64,000 bases of DNA from Fistulifera solaris (Eukaryota). The DNA is taken from contig AP026140.1 in NCBI GenBank assembly GCA_030295235.1, positions 1-64,000 on the forward strand. The letters are read 5' to 3'. The position numbers and the translations under genes were made by a program. The notes beneath the pieces were generated by a model. The model had not been told where the DNA came from. It ran no database searches and saw nothing but the letters and a program-made list of their open reading frames with translations. Below, in pieces: positions 36,904-49,094 of this stretch (its first letter is position 1; every line of letters begins with the position of its first letter).

Positions 36904-39471
36904 ATGGGAGAAGTCGACATTTCCTGTAGTCCCAGCGCAAAGGCGACAGTTCGGTTGGGAAGCGCTATAACGACACGATGCTCTCCTTCTGTATGGATCG
37001 ACGATGCAACGCTCGACACGGTATTCTGTCCTGTTGACGGTCTTTCCATTGCTTCCACTCTTGACGATGTATTCTGCTCAGCTCCAGCGGATAATTCGAT
37101 CGTTGAATCACCCACGCAGCGACGGCGAAAGCAGCTTGGCGAAGTAAGAAGCCCTCGACAAAGAGATCCACAATCTCCTCTTAAGAAAGACAACAATAGA
37201 CTTTTGTCACCGAGAACTCCGAGCGGGCGTTCTTCGAAAGACCTTTCAAAGCATCGCAAAGCGGAAATAAAGAGTAGCCCGTGGCATCCGAGTGCCTCGA
37301 AGCAACGAAATATCGAACAGGAGTCGTTAAAGTCGCCTCACGCTCAAGATGATATGATTCGGAAAAATTCACCTCTCAGAAGTGCTTCAAAGTCGCGATT
37401 ACAAAGTCTCGAAACAGCTGCCGAAATGCGAGGGACAACATTAAAGAGAAGGAGTTCGGTCTCACAAAGAAAGGGTGCCAGGGAGATGCGGAACGATGTA
37501 CTCGCCAACAACTCGAAACGAACACGAAGGTCGTCTCAAAAGTTAGCAATAATGAATCTTGAAAAGCGGATCGAACGGTCGGCTAGTTCACATGGACGAG
37601 GGAGTTCCGAGCCTCGTATACGAGCTTTGAGACAGCAAGAGAAGGATGATGTTGTCGAAGGTGGGGATCGATCATCACGAACACGCAGTTTAGAGAGGAA
37701 AGTAGATCAGCTCCAAAGCACTCAAAAGGGAGGCAATAATGTTGTCAGTGATGATAAACTGGGCAAGGAGAAGAGAAAGGATATGTCAATCGCCCCAAAG
37801 CGATCAAAAGTCGTGCCTGGGCGAAGTAGATCGGCGTCGGGGTTAGAAAGGTTAGCTGGTCAAACAAGAAGAGCACTTAATAAACGAAGTAGCTCGGATT
37901 CTCGAATCGCACAAACCGATCGTGATCACGAAAGTCGTACATCCAGCGAAAACGTGCAGAAGAAAGTGTCTCCTCAGAGAAATCGTTCGAAAGGGCGCAC
38001 AGAAAGTTTGCAAAGTCCGTCTGGACGCTCGCGGCGATCACCTAAAAGAAGGAATTCCAGTCCACGGGTTGAAAACACCGCGGGCAAATTTGTTAAAGGA
38101 ATTACCGACTCTTCCCAACGCGCAGCGAGATCCTTGCAACGAAATAATTTGAAAGCGAAAGGTAACAATGAAGTCACTAGGTCCGAATTTTCGAGAAGTT
38201 CGCACAGACGAAGAACTTCAAAGTCGCCCATCAAAGATTTCTCTTTACAACAAAGGATCGATGTTAGGGAGAAATCACAACGCACACGTGGCTCACATCC
38301 TACGAACAGTTTTCGAGGTTATATCGAAGAATCAGTAAAGGGAAAAAGTGAGCGGAGGAGTATTTCACAAGATAAAAGGGAAAAGTGGAAACATCGCGGC
38401 TCAAAATCAAGGATCGTTCTTCCCTACGATACAGACAAAGGTGATAGCTCAAAGAGCTCCAACGAGCCGGGCAACTTGATATCTACCGACCTGCAGTTGA
38501 AAAAACAGGGGCGCAAAATGCAAGATCTAGGGTCATGGACAGACACAATGGTCGGTTCCGAATCATCGCCGCACACACATTCATCTGACGTAAATGATGC
38601 CAGCCCCAAGTCAGGGACTGTAAACAATTTTCAAACTGATAAGGGGTATCTAATAAGACCCTTTTGGCGAAAAAATCATCAAAGTACAGATAAGAAAAGC
38701 CCTGCAGCAAGACGCGGCACAAATCGTGAGTTGGTATCGTCACAAAATCTACAATATCCCTCACAGAATTTCGAGCATGAACCGGAGAATAATAACCGTC
38801 AACACGGTACAAAGTCAACAAAGAAAAAGACGTCTTTTCCCATGCTGTACTCAAATTTCCAACCGCTCTCCGGGGAACTTGTCGGGGATGCGAAGTTATC
38901 ACAGCATGAGTTGTTTATGACACGAGAGCACTTTCCCACTGCGTTGGAAGCATTAGAAGCATCAATAACTCCGAAAAAGAGGGAAAGATTGGCACTTTTA
39001 CAAACTGCCGAAACAAATAATGAGCAACACACACCTGCGTCTCCACGAGGACGAATTAAGAGTTTGAGTCCAACGAGATTTATCAAGAAGGCATCTAAAC
39101 GATTCAGTAGCGCGGTGGCGCAATTTTCTGAACGCGTGCTACCAGTTGGTACACGCGAGTCTTCGAGTAGAAAAGGGGAATATGCTCAGAACAATATAAC
39201 TCTATTACGAGAGGAAGCTCCCCGGGAGCCTGCTGTCCAATCTCAAGAAAAGACTCTTGCTTCAAGCATGCAAAGCAATATCATAGACGACGGCTCAAAG
39301 GAAGACTCAATCACGTTGAAAGAAGTTAAAGGAAGCCCCAGCCCAAAGCAATCAACACTCTCACGCGCCAGACCCCGCAGTAGATCAGCGGGTCGTTTGC
39401 AGCCAGAAAACGATAAGGCGACGGCTTCCACCCAACGGACAAACAATGGCAGCAATCAGCACCCGCATTAG
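36904..39471 (+). CDS. Hypothetical large Ser/Arg/Lys-rich disordered protein
   Basis: 855-aa ORF; the exact ends are uncertain because indels are possible at both ends. Confidence 0.6.
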   Translation: MGEVDISCSPSAKATVRLGSAITTRCSPSVWIDDATLDTVFCPVDGLSIASTLDDVFCSAPADNSIVESPTQRRRKQLGEVRSPRQRDPQSPLKKDNNRLLSPRTPSGRSSKDLSKHRKAEIKSSPWHPSASKQRNIEQESLKSPHAQDDMIRKNSPLRSASKSRLQSLETAAEMRGTTLKRRSSVSQRKGAREMRNDVLANNSKRTRRSSQKLAIMNLEKRIERSASSHGRGSSEPRIRALRQQEKDDVVEGGDRSSRTRSLERKVDQLQSTQKGGNNVVSDDKLGKEKRKDMSIAPKRSKVVPGRSRSASGLERLAGQTRRALNKRSSSDSRIAQTDRDHESRTSSENVQKKVSPQRNRSKGRTESLQSPSGRSRRSPKRRNSSPRVENTAGKFVKGITDSSQRAARSLQRNNLKAKGNNEVTRSEFSRSSHRRRTSKSPIKDFSLQQRIDVREKSQRTRGSHPTNSFRGYIEESVKGKSERRSISQDKREKWKHRGSKSRIVLPYDTDKGDSSKSSNEPGNLISTDLQLKKQGRKMQDLGSWTDTMVGSESSPHTHSSDVNDASPKSGTVNNFQTDKGYLIRPFWRKNHQSTDKKSPAARRGTNRELVSSQNLQYPSQNFEHEPENNNRQHGTKSTKKKTSFPMLYSNFQPLSGELVGDAKLSQHELFMTREHFPTALEALEASITPKKRERLALLQTAETNNEQHTPASPRGRIKSLSPTRFIKKASKRFSSAVAQFSERVLPVGTRESSSRKGEYAQNNITLLREEAPREPAVQSQEKTLASSMQSNIIDDGSKEDSITLKEVKGSPSPKQSTLSRARPRSRSAGRLQPENDKATASTQRTNNGSNQHPH

Positions 39472-39869
39472 CTTCGGGAATCCGTAGATGTAAATGACCC
39501 CGACATTCGGTATTCTTCTTCGATTTAGATGATGAGTCAGCAAGAGTCGTTTCGCAATGACTGGGGAATCTTGCTCTTGCAGGTCGAACCGACATGGCTA
39601 CAAGGACGGTTATCATATTCTGGAAGTCAGCTGGTGCGCTGTTGTTTGTTTTTTATATGGTGGAATTGTGAAAATGATGTTTCAAACTTCCTTTATGCAA
39701 TTTGTTAATGAAAGATATCTTTTAAAGGTTAATAAATCGGCTACCGTCGCACGGGCTTGATCTGCTCTATTTTTCAATTTGCATATTCCTCTCATTGCGC
39801 ATCTAGCTCCAGAAACCTCTTCTTCGCTTGCGAGCAATCGGCCGACTCTGGACCCAGTGACACAATGTG

Positions 39870-40934
39870 TCAGTGTGATGTGAAAAAAGAAAAAGCAAGC
39901 CGTTGCATACTCATCTGCGATTGTTGTGCGGTTAATTGCAACATCGATCCGTGGTCGATGTCGATAGCTAATTTAGCAACACCATGGGCAAAACGGTTCC
40001 ATTTGCATAAGGAAGCGATGGACTGAATCCAGAGATGTTGAGACAACCCAACTAAATTAACCTGTTTTATGCAACCATTCTGCCGCAAACTTTCTCGCAA
40101 TGAATTTGCTCTTCCCTTATCGAACCGGCTTCCTACATGAAATGTAGGCGTCTCTACCGTACATGTTGCCAAGGCGGTCATCCACTGGACCCATTGCGAT
40201 AGTGCGAAACAAGCCATTACATCCGTTCCAATCTCTAAATGTTTGAAGTGTAGGTAACGTTGTACCCATTTCAAAAAAGTCGAGGACGCATTACCCTCCC
40301 ATTGATCGGCTACCTAACCGATATCAATAATATTTTGTTTCCTTGCGAAATCCATTATGTCTGACAATACTCCTAGTTGTGAAGCAACACCGAATCCGCC
40401 ACTGATTCGAAGGGAGGACACATGACAATCTGATGGTAGGATGCATCCATAATCAAACCAGCAGTCGCGTAGCTCCAAGAATTTTGCACGAATCATCCAT
40501 GGAACCGGCAAATCGTTCGAAAAGTGCAAATTCAATAAAATGTGTCGGTCGACAACGATGTCTGCTAACGAAGTAAAGAAGTCGTTTGAGGTATGCCATT
40601 GAAACGGAAAGATTTGTTCGATTTGCAGACAAGCCAAAGGTGTTGTTCGACGTGCCAAGCTGCTCAAGAAAATGCTTTCAGCCTTGCGATTGGGAAAAGC
40701 CGTACGTCTACGGAACACAATGACGGTCGTAGACTGGGCCCAGATTGATAGAGACTCCTCTGTCGACTGCTCACTGATAAGTGGTAAAGTGAATATTAGA
40801 TTGCTTTCGTCGCCGCTCTCCTCGCCATCATCCTCATCATCCTCATCGCTACTCCAAGACGTAAGATTTCTCAGAAGACGAGACTCCTTCCAATGACATG
40901 TAGCCTCGAACCCCTGGCTTAACCGATTGAGCAT
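39870..40934 (-). CDS. Hypothetical protein, possibly a degenerate RNI-like/LRR family member (frameshifted)
   Basis: Consecutive minus-strand ORFs 40314-40934 and 39870-40274; the tail SLRESLRQNGCIKQVNL...LCKWNR resembles the C-cap of diatom RNI-like proteins (recall only). Confidence 0.35.
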
Positions 40935-43431
40935 TTGAACTACTCCTTAAAAACTCTTCATTCATTCTGATGTAGCAAAAAAGAAGTGTCCATGACAGCA
41001 AACGCGTTGCCGAGTATAGTAAAGGAGAAGCTTTACCAGGTACAGGCAAGACATCGATCGTGCCACAACAACCCACAACAACTAAAAACGCGTCCATTTT
41101 CAAAATTTCGAAATACTCATCGGACAACAAGACTACTTTCTAGAGAATTGTAGTGAGTACCGAATACTTTTTCCAACTTTACACCCTAACCTTAAGGTAG
41201 GCGCTTGGCGCTTGATGCGAAAGAATTACCTGGTACTTGTATAGATCTCGTGGACGTTGCCCGTGATTGAAACCCATTCGGACTAACACCTTCAACATAA
41301 GTGCCACCGACTGAATCACATAAGAAAAATTGAGTCCAGGAATCAATAGAGTGATTCATATTTTTTTGGCTAGCCTGTCTACCTTAAACGCTCGCGCTTA
41401 CTTATATTTATATTATTCGCTTTGGAAATGGGAGTCTCGCGTCTCGCGAGCTTTGGTGTGTGCAATAGGGATACACAAAAACAAACCACGAAAAGTAAGA
41501 ACATGTGGGTCGATATTGGATTCATAGGAGCGAGTAAAGAATAGGTTGCTGCTTTCGCTCTTCGCACTGTTCATTGCACTTGGTGCGACGTTTGACGTGA
41601 TCAAAGTGAACACGAAATGCACGTCACCGTCCCCCACCGTCACAGGGACGAAAGACGAAATTGAGAACTGAGAAGGGTGATTCTGGGAGGGAACTTCGAT
41701 GTTACTCGTTACTTCGTATGATTAGCTAATCGTGATCCATTATCCATTATCCATTCCCAGTCCGGGCTTTTTTTCTAATAAACGCTAAACATTAAACAAT
41801 AATGTGACATGTGACTGTATCTGACACAACGTGAAGTCATTAGACAAAGGTTAGATGTCATACGATACACTTAGCTTTATACGACTTCACTGGGGAGGAC
41901 GATACAAGATAAAAGTAACGATAGACGATAGTCTTTCAAAATTATCAATAGCCGGTAAGGTAGCTAAGGAATAAGGAAGTACGGCTTTCCCGGTTTCCGG
42001 TCTTTACGATCACTTGAATACTTTGTACGTACATAAGATCTTATAGGAACCTAGAGTTACGAGTTACGGGTTACGGGATACAACATACAACATACAACTT
42101 GCAACTGGCCGCATTCTGGATTCTTGATTTCTCTACTCTCTACAGTATTCTGCCCTACAGTACGAATCCTGGCTGACTTCTCACACTCTCTATGATAAAG
42201 TACTGCGGTTCCTACGAGTTCGTGCAAAGCGAAAAGCGAAAGAGCCGCGATTAGCGATTGCCGATTGCCGCGATGGACGTACATAGTCGTGTTTTATTAC
42301 CTGGTATCCGTATCTCTGGTCATTGCTTTGCATCTGAACCCTCCACTTTTTCATTTGCTCAGGTATCAGCAGACGACCACAAGCTTTTGGAAATCAAACG
42401 ATTGACCAAGCATGCACGTCGTTTCGCCAATTACCAAAGTTTACTCTCGCAGTTCTTCTGCACCGGACTTGGTTTCCAACAGGTCCAGAATAATGATCCA
42501 AACGAAGTCAACTAGCGAGAAAACCAGCCGTGATCTGAGCCCAAACAAAGGTGTTAGTTTTGGATCCGTTTTACAACACAAGATCTACAAAGGAGTAGAT
42601 CCAGAAGGCTGTGTGCGGTATCTAACGAGGACGAAAAAGAATCAAAGTCTCAGGGACGTGTGGGATTCTCTTGAAGACTACGAGGCAGAGAAAGAAGCTG
42701 AGAAGGACAGCGTAATACAGCGAAAATGTGTTTCTTTGCATCAATGACACTTCACGAAAATTCACCCTTCAAAACACCACATCAGTGACACCAACAAGTA
42801 GGATTTCGCAAACCGATTTTATAATTTTTTTATTTTCGCCCAAATCGTATAGTCTCATCTCTTTTAGTCATATACCATGCTCGCTTCAATGAAAGAGATT
42901 ATTACCGAAGTCTGTTTGATAGGGAGAATCATTTCATCGCCAACATCCTTTCGTCCTTGAGACTCGAGACGGTGGATCGTATTTTCTCTTTCTTGCGATG
43001 TTGCGCTTTTGTTTTGTCGTTTGTTGTAGAGGCAAGTGTCGCAGCGTGATGACTGTAGCGTTTTTATGTAACCGCTTTTCTTACAGCTTACAGTATTGCA
43101 TCTCGGGACCCGGACCCGGGACTGAACGCAGCGGCTTGTCTCTTTTTCAAACCCGTAAACGAAAAACACGTAAATACATTTTCGGCGAACGCAACGAGAG
43201 ACGAGAACACAACTTTTCTGGGGCAGTTCGAGAACAGAAGTAAGTTGATTATATAAAGTCCGCATCGAGAAGCGAGCTGGATGGCTTCTGTCTTCCGTCG
43301 TTATTATCTCGTCTTTTCAAAGCGGAGCTCAGCTTTTGCGTTTTCATTTGAACACACAATATAAAGTTGTTTTCGTGTCACCACAGCAATAGAAACGAAA
43401 ACGACGCATGTCATTGAGCTATTAACATGAA

Positions 43432-46352
43432 ATGGCAATCACTACAGCAATGACTTCTTCAAATGGATCAAAGAATGTGAAGCAAAGAGGAGCAGATCCA
43501 CCGGGAAGATCGAGAAAAAAGCCGGACGCCAATAGCGAAAATACAGACGGAGTTTCTCCGGATGGAGTGTTAGACAATGAGCTTTTCGCAGAAAGACGTT
43601 CCAAGAGTCGAGGACGCTCATTGGGTCGATCTGCTAGTAGCAGGGGATTGCACAGAACAACTAGCAGTCGCTCCCTTGCAAAATCTCGGAGTAGCCGGTC
43701 TCTAACAGCTTCTAAGGATAAGAACGGTAGGGATGGAAACGAAAGATCAAAGAGCCTAGGAAGGGGTGAAAGAGGAAGATCGAAGAGCCGAGGGAGAAAA
43801 AAAGACAGCCACGGAAGACGGTAGGTCAAAAAGTCGAAGAAGAAAAAACAGAACGCGGTGAAAGGTCGAAAAGTCGAGGAAAACTAGATCAGAAAAGAGC
43901 ACAAGAAACAATAACCTCTCCACATCCTGACGGAAATGGAGATCAGGTACCAAAAAGCGATCGCGTCGCTAAGATGGAGGTGACATCAGCTAAATTGACG
44001 CAGTCACCATGTCCCTTGACCTTAGAAAAGACACCGAGCCCGGTCTGGTTCAAATCGTCGCAAATCTCCATCTATACAAGAACTTGATGCTCCTCTGATT
44101 CCACCGATACGAAATGTTGAGTCGATCCCAACGTTATCACAAAAATCCGTGAACAAGCTAACGGCCGATACAAACGTTGAACCACCTGCCGTGCAACGAG
44201 GTGTAAGGCGAGTCGTCAGCACACGCCGACAGTACGACGACTATAAGGTCTCCAAAGCGATCCCAATCGACCGAGGATATCAAGATGTCTCCAAGAAGGA
44301 ACGCCGCCAACGCCCCGCCCTCTTTTTTTTGAGAGAGAACGCACCCTCCAATGTACCAGTAAATACTTTGCCAAGACAACGCCCCCAGTAGTTCAGATGC
44401 TTTCGACAAAGTGAGTCTTTCGAAAAACTTTCAGGCGACGGATGATAATCCTTTTTACCAAACAAAACGATCGATGAGCCCAACTCGAATACCGTCAAGT
44501 ATACGCAATCTACAAAAGTTCGCGATAAAGGATAATTCTGCTCTACCAAAGTCCGCTTATCAACCGCGAGAATCGCCGAAGACCAATACACAAACCCTGG
44601 TGGCATCCGCGTCATTGTTTGTAACTGTTTTGGAAGGGCGTAAGCTCGTCCCTATGCAGCGCAACATGCTTGGTTTTAAAACACATTCTCATCCTTACGT
44701 TGAGGCCTACGTTGACGGGAAACTGCTTGGTAAACGTTGCATGCTTACCCGAACCGTCAATCCAGCATGGAAGAGCGGCAATTCGTTTTCTTCCCATTAT
44801 GACGGCACAACTGCCAAAGAAAAGGCTTCTCGCAATGAGGAAATAGAATTACGTGTTTATCATCTTGGAAAGGGTGGTGTGTCTGTATTCATGGGAGCCG
44901 TGCGCATTCCTCTTTTAACACACGGTCGAGCAGAGTGGTACCCTGTGCAGCAACGCTCCGCTCTGGAAAGTGGATTGTATTGCCTTTCTGCCTCGGGAGA
45001 GCTGAAAGTGCAAGTGAATTTTACTGCACATTCTTATCCAGAATTAAAGCCTGGTCACGAGTTACCGATCTCTGGAAATGCTGAGATATCACTCAATCTA
45101 TCTTGGTCCGGCGATTCCTCCCTCGAAGCGAGCTGCGTCGCCCTTGACAGAAACAATGGACACGTGCTATGGAAAGAATGCGTATACTTTCGCGAATCGG
45201 ATTAACTTGAGTAGCTCTGTCGCACGACCGGAGGTGCGAGATCATAACGATGAGGCCACACGAGATTCGTTGTTATTCGATTTTGGAATGGTTCCGGGAG
45301 AATGTTGCAGCTTTTTATTTTGTTTTGACGATTCGCGACAAATCATGCACGCTCTCTGACATTCAATCCTTTCAACTTACTATCAGAAATGAGTCGACAC
45401 GCGGAGAGGATTAGGGCGTCTATCGGTCAATTTAGCCTCTAAGGACACATCAGCTATATTGTTGCGCATCGCTCGTTCGACCATGGGGACAGTCAACACT
45501 TGGAAACTTACAACAATTATCAAAGGGTATAAAGTATTCGCGAGTTTGGAAGCCTTTTACCCCAACTTCAAGATCTCTCGAGCGATATTCTGCCACAGAT
45601 AGGAACTCCTACTGAGCCGAACAGCACTGATGCGATGTGGCGACAGTCTTCAACTTCTGGATTACGTACCCGATCATCTACCAAGCAAATTGGTGACTGG
45701 CTTCTTCTGGAAGGTCAAAAACAAGGAACCATTGAAAGTCGAAATATCTCTCCTCGATGAAGAGTTGCGGGAGGTAGACGCGATTCACAGGACACAACCA
45801 GGGGCACTCATGAGCCAAGGCGTTCTATACTCCCGGGAGGAAACGAAGAATACGAGAAGTTCGAGATAGCCTTTTCCCAACTATCGTTAGATGTACATTA
45901 CATCTGCTTTGTGCTAGGTCCTTGTAGCCGTCAGAAAGTCGATGATATCGAAAATGTGGCTTGTCATATTGTAAACCCCGCTTTGGGGGGCTGAGTTAGC
46001 GATGTACATTGTCAAACTTTGAAAGTGTTCCCACAAAATTGGTTGGCCTAGGATGCTTCTACAAGACTGGAAAAGGATGGAGCTTTACCATTCTTGGTTT
46101 ATGTTCGCTGATACAACCTTTGCGGGACGTCTGAGCGAAGCCACTCACATATTCGAAAATCCCCTGGAACCCGCCATCTCACTGCCGCACCCTCGACTTC
46201 TCAAAAGCGTCATGCCGCCAGCAATACCACTGCCACCGCCAAGACAGCTAGCGTTATCGGACACAGTGGAAGCCTATCACAAATTTAATCACGGACAAAA
46301 CGTGTGTACCTCTACTTTACTTACAGTACGCAGACAATCAGAGAAATCATAA
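43432..46352 (+). pseudogene. Ser/Arg-rich + C2 + TerD-like paralogue 5, heavily frameshifted (pseudogene or poor consensus)
   Basis: C2: LFVTVLEGRKLVPMQRNMLGFKTHSHPYVEAY...VNPAWK...IELRV...FMGAVRIP. TerD-like: SCVALD...VLWKECVYF; MRCGDSLQLLDYVPDHLPSKLVTGFFWKV...LLDEELREVDAI. Broken into many short ORFs. Confidence 0.65.
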
Positions 46353-47360
46353 TAGATCTAGAAAGTTTAACAGGATTCCACAGTTTCCTTTGGATAGAAG
46401 AGCAATTTCTGATGCTGTTTGCAGAAAGTCAAACGTTTGCTGTTCGAGATCTGAGAAGAGATCGACCGACTTGCAAATCCATGATCTAGGTAAGAGAAAG
46501 TTGCGTAGGCATAGGGGATCCACAGATCCAATGTATTTTATAAAAAAAATATTAGCTTCTGCGTGAAATAGAGACTCTCTAAAGGTTACTCTAGAGATTA
46601 GGTTCTGCACCGTTTCCGCAACGCAAACATGACGCAAGATACTCATTCTTGCATCATACATCACCACTCACCATTCACGATACGCCATGTTCTCAATTTT
46701 CGGCAGTTGCGTGCGTGTTGTGTGTCAGATTCGCAATTCGCAATTCGCAATTATTCGCAGTTTACCAATTTCTTTTTTTACATTTTGCAAAGGCAAGTGC
46801 GGATTGCGGCGAGGATGTCGAGTGTCGAGTGTCGAGTAGACGTTCATAGTACAAAACTAAGGGGCTAATGGCTACTGGAATCATTACATCTTAGCCCATA
46901 GTTTAGGGTTCGGATTTGATTGGAAGAAGAACGTGGAACAGAAACAGCCAGCTGTTCCAATTGTTCTTTCAGTAGTACAGAAGAAAGGATTCCTTTTTAT
47001 GTTTTTACAAAGAGGGAAATGAATCTGACGTCAGGTTGAACTTCTCATTGTGTGTAGGGGAAAAATGCTAACATCGAACACGTCGGCGTTTTTTCTTCGG
47101 GGTGCCTGGATCGACGCAGTTTCTCTTTCTGGTCGCTGATTTTCACTTGAGAACTTCTGGCGTGAATGACAAAGTGCCGCAAGCTGTTACGTAGTACGTA
47201 CCCATCGCCGTAGCGGATAACCTGAGTAAGGAAATGGAGAGAAGCGAAAATACAAGAAGCAACTCCACGACTTCGTAATTCGAGTTGAGCACTTGTGCTC
47301 GACAGCAAAAAGGCAAAAACAGGTAAACAAGAAAGCTCAAACTCTCGGTATAACAAGAAG

Positions 47361-48538
47361 ATGAATAGGCAAAAGGTACAAAGAAAGTCGAAAGGCGAAA
47401 ATAGTTCTTCCACCCTCAAGAACTGTTTCCCTTCGAAACTACACTACATACTTAACGAGATGGAGAAAGACGGACTTGAACACATTATGAGTTGGCAATC
47501 GAGCGGTCGGTCATTCAAGATTCACAATCAACAGCTCCTCGAAAAGGAGGTTCTTCGGATGTAAGTGTACAAAAGTTGCTTCTTCAATCAGCAAGAAACA
47601 CAGCAATAGCCAAACTGTACTGCAAAGGTACCCTACAATGCATGGACTGATATCTCCTCTCCTTGCTCGTTTAGGTACTTTACCCAAACCAAATATGCGT
47701 CATTCCAAAGGTACAGATATGCATTTTTTGTGCTCCTTTTCACTATCCATTGCTAACAAGTTCCAAAGGCAACTGAATATATACGGTTTCGTTCGAATCA
47801 GCTCTGGTACGTGAATACACTTTCAACCCCGTGCTTGTTTTCCGTCTTTACCAGTCTGTTCGCTAATCGATAGATTTCGACGGTCTGTCAGGTGCCGATA
47901 AGGGTGGCTATTACCATAATATGTTCCTCAAGGACCGCCCTGAGCTTGCGAGTCAGATCCCACGCGAAAAAGTAAACAAAACGGGCGCCAAGTCGCAAGC
48001 ACAAAGGGCACCGACTGCAGGAGTACAAGAATCGACAGATATCAATCAGAGCCGCGAAGCAGCTCAACTCGTTTCACAATCGTTTCCCATAATGGCAAGT
48101 CCATCGTTCGTCGCTTCGAATCTCTCGCCGATGAATCGAGCGCACGTAGCGTCTCCTCCGCCCATCGTGAATTCTACTAGCAATCTTGGTTTGCTTTCGT
48201 CGCTGGTGCTGTCTCCGAACACAACTACTGCGCTTTCCAACCTATGCGCAAGTCGGATCGGCCAAGAGCTGCTCGCGCTGCTTGTCCAACCCGCGCCGCA
48301 AATCCCGCAACTGCCCAACGCAGCGATACCGCCCGTCAATCGGTTACCAGCTGGGCTATTGCAACGTTCGGCTCCAGAGAACGCAGCGCTGTTGGAGTTG
48401 TTATTGCGCAGTGAGGGCACAGGTTCCAGTATCAACGAGAACTCCATTCTCTCTGCCGCAGAAGCACACTTTCGGAATTTATTGAGCAATAATAATGCGC
48501 CATGGACACAGTCTCGGCAACCCGGTGACCATCCTTAA
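47361..48538 (+). CDS. Heat-shock-factor-type DNA-binding protein, 4 exons
   Basis: Exons 47361-47560, 47675-47710, 47769-47806 and 47892-48538, joined by GT-AG introns, give FPSKLHYIL...IMSWQSSGRSFKIH...MYFTQTKYASFQRQLNIYGFVRISSGADKGGYYHNMFLKDRPEL. Confidence 0.92.
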
Positions 48539-48592
48539 GCCACGGGTTTTTCAATAAAGGGGGAAGGGCAACGTCGTGAAATGACAACTGAC

Positions 48593-48687
48593 TTGATTTG
48601 ATTTGATTTGATGTGATTTGATTTGATTTGATTTGATTTGATTTGATTTGATTTGATTTATTTTGATTTGATTTGATTTATTTTGAT
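48593..48687. repeat. (TTGAT/ATTTG)n pentanucleotide microsatellite
   Basis: About 18 units with a few interruptions, just 3' of the HSF stop. Confidence 0.95.
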
Positions 48688-48914
48688 GACACGGTATTTT
48701 TTTTGTAATGATAATTTTACTAAAACAGAGCTAATGCCAAGAGAAGCATTCTCTCCGTCATTATTTGTAAATGTAAGCTAAGGGAGACCTGAAAGAAGAA
48801 AGCCATGAACCATGAAGTCTTCGTCGTTGTTTGTTGATCAATCATGTCACCGTTTTGTTGCGTTTCCTCTTCATTCGTGACAGGATCTAGTCCTATAAAA
48901 GGCTTCTACACATT

Positions 48915-49094
48915 AGGGGTTGTCAAAAATAAAAAATCCCCGCGCTCTCCGATTGTTTCGCTCCGAAATAAGCTAATCATATCACACCATTTGTAAACCC
49001 TCCATAACGGCAGCCAATCAGATAGCGAGAAATTTCCGCAACGAAATAAACGTGCGACAAAATAAACGGGGAATTTCAATTTTTGACAACCCCT
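48915..49094. mobile_element. Putative MITE (~180 bp)
   Basis: Imperfect 28-bp terminal inverted repeats (aggggttgtcaaaaataaaaaatccccg versus the reverse complement of cggggaatttcaatttttgacaacccct), flanked by ATT on both sides (or TA if the TIR starts at GGGG); no coding capacity. Confidence 0.7.

Noticed and set aside
26221..39471. Silaffin/frustule proteins or SR splicing factors
   Set aside because: No signal peptides or KxxK-type silaffin repeats, and no RRM domains or long RS dipeptide runs.
41183..41194. Interstitial telomere-like words (accctaacctta; also near 46902 and 58221)
   Set aside because: Fewer than two full units each; expected by chance.
42258..42747. Possible small gene (ORFs 42258-42515 and 42412-42747)
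   Set aside because: Short, no recognisable motif, and would need an assumed frameshift; cannot be supported.
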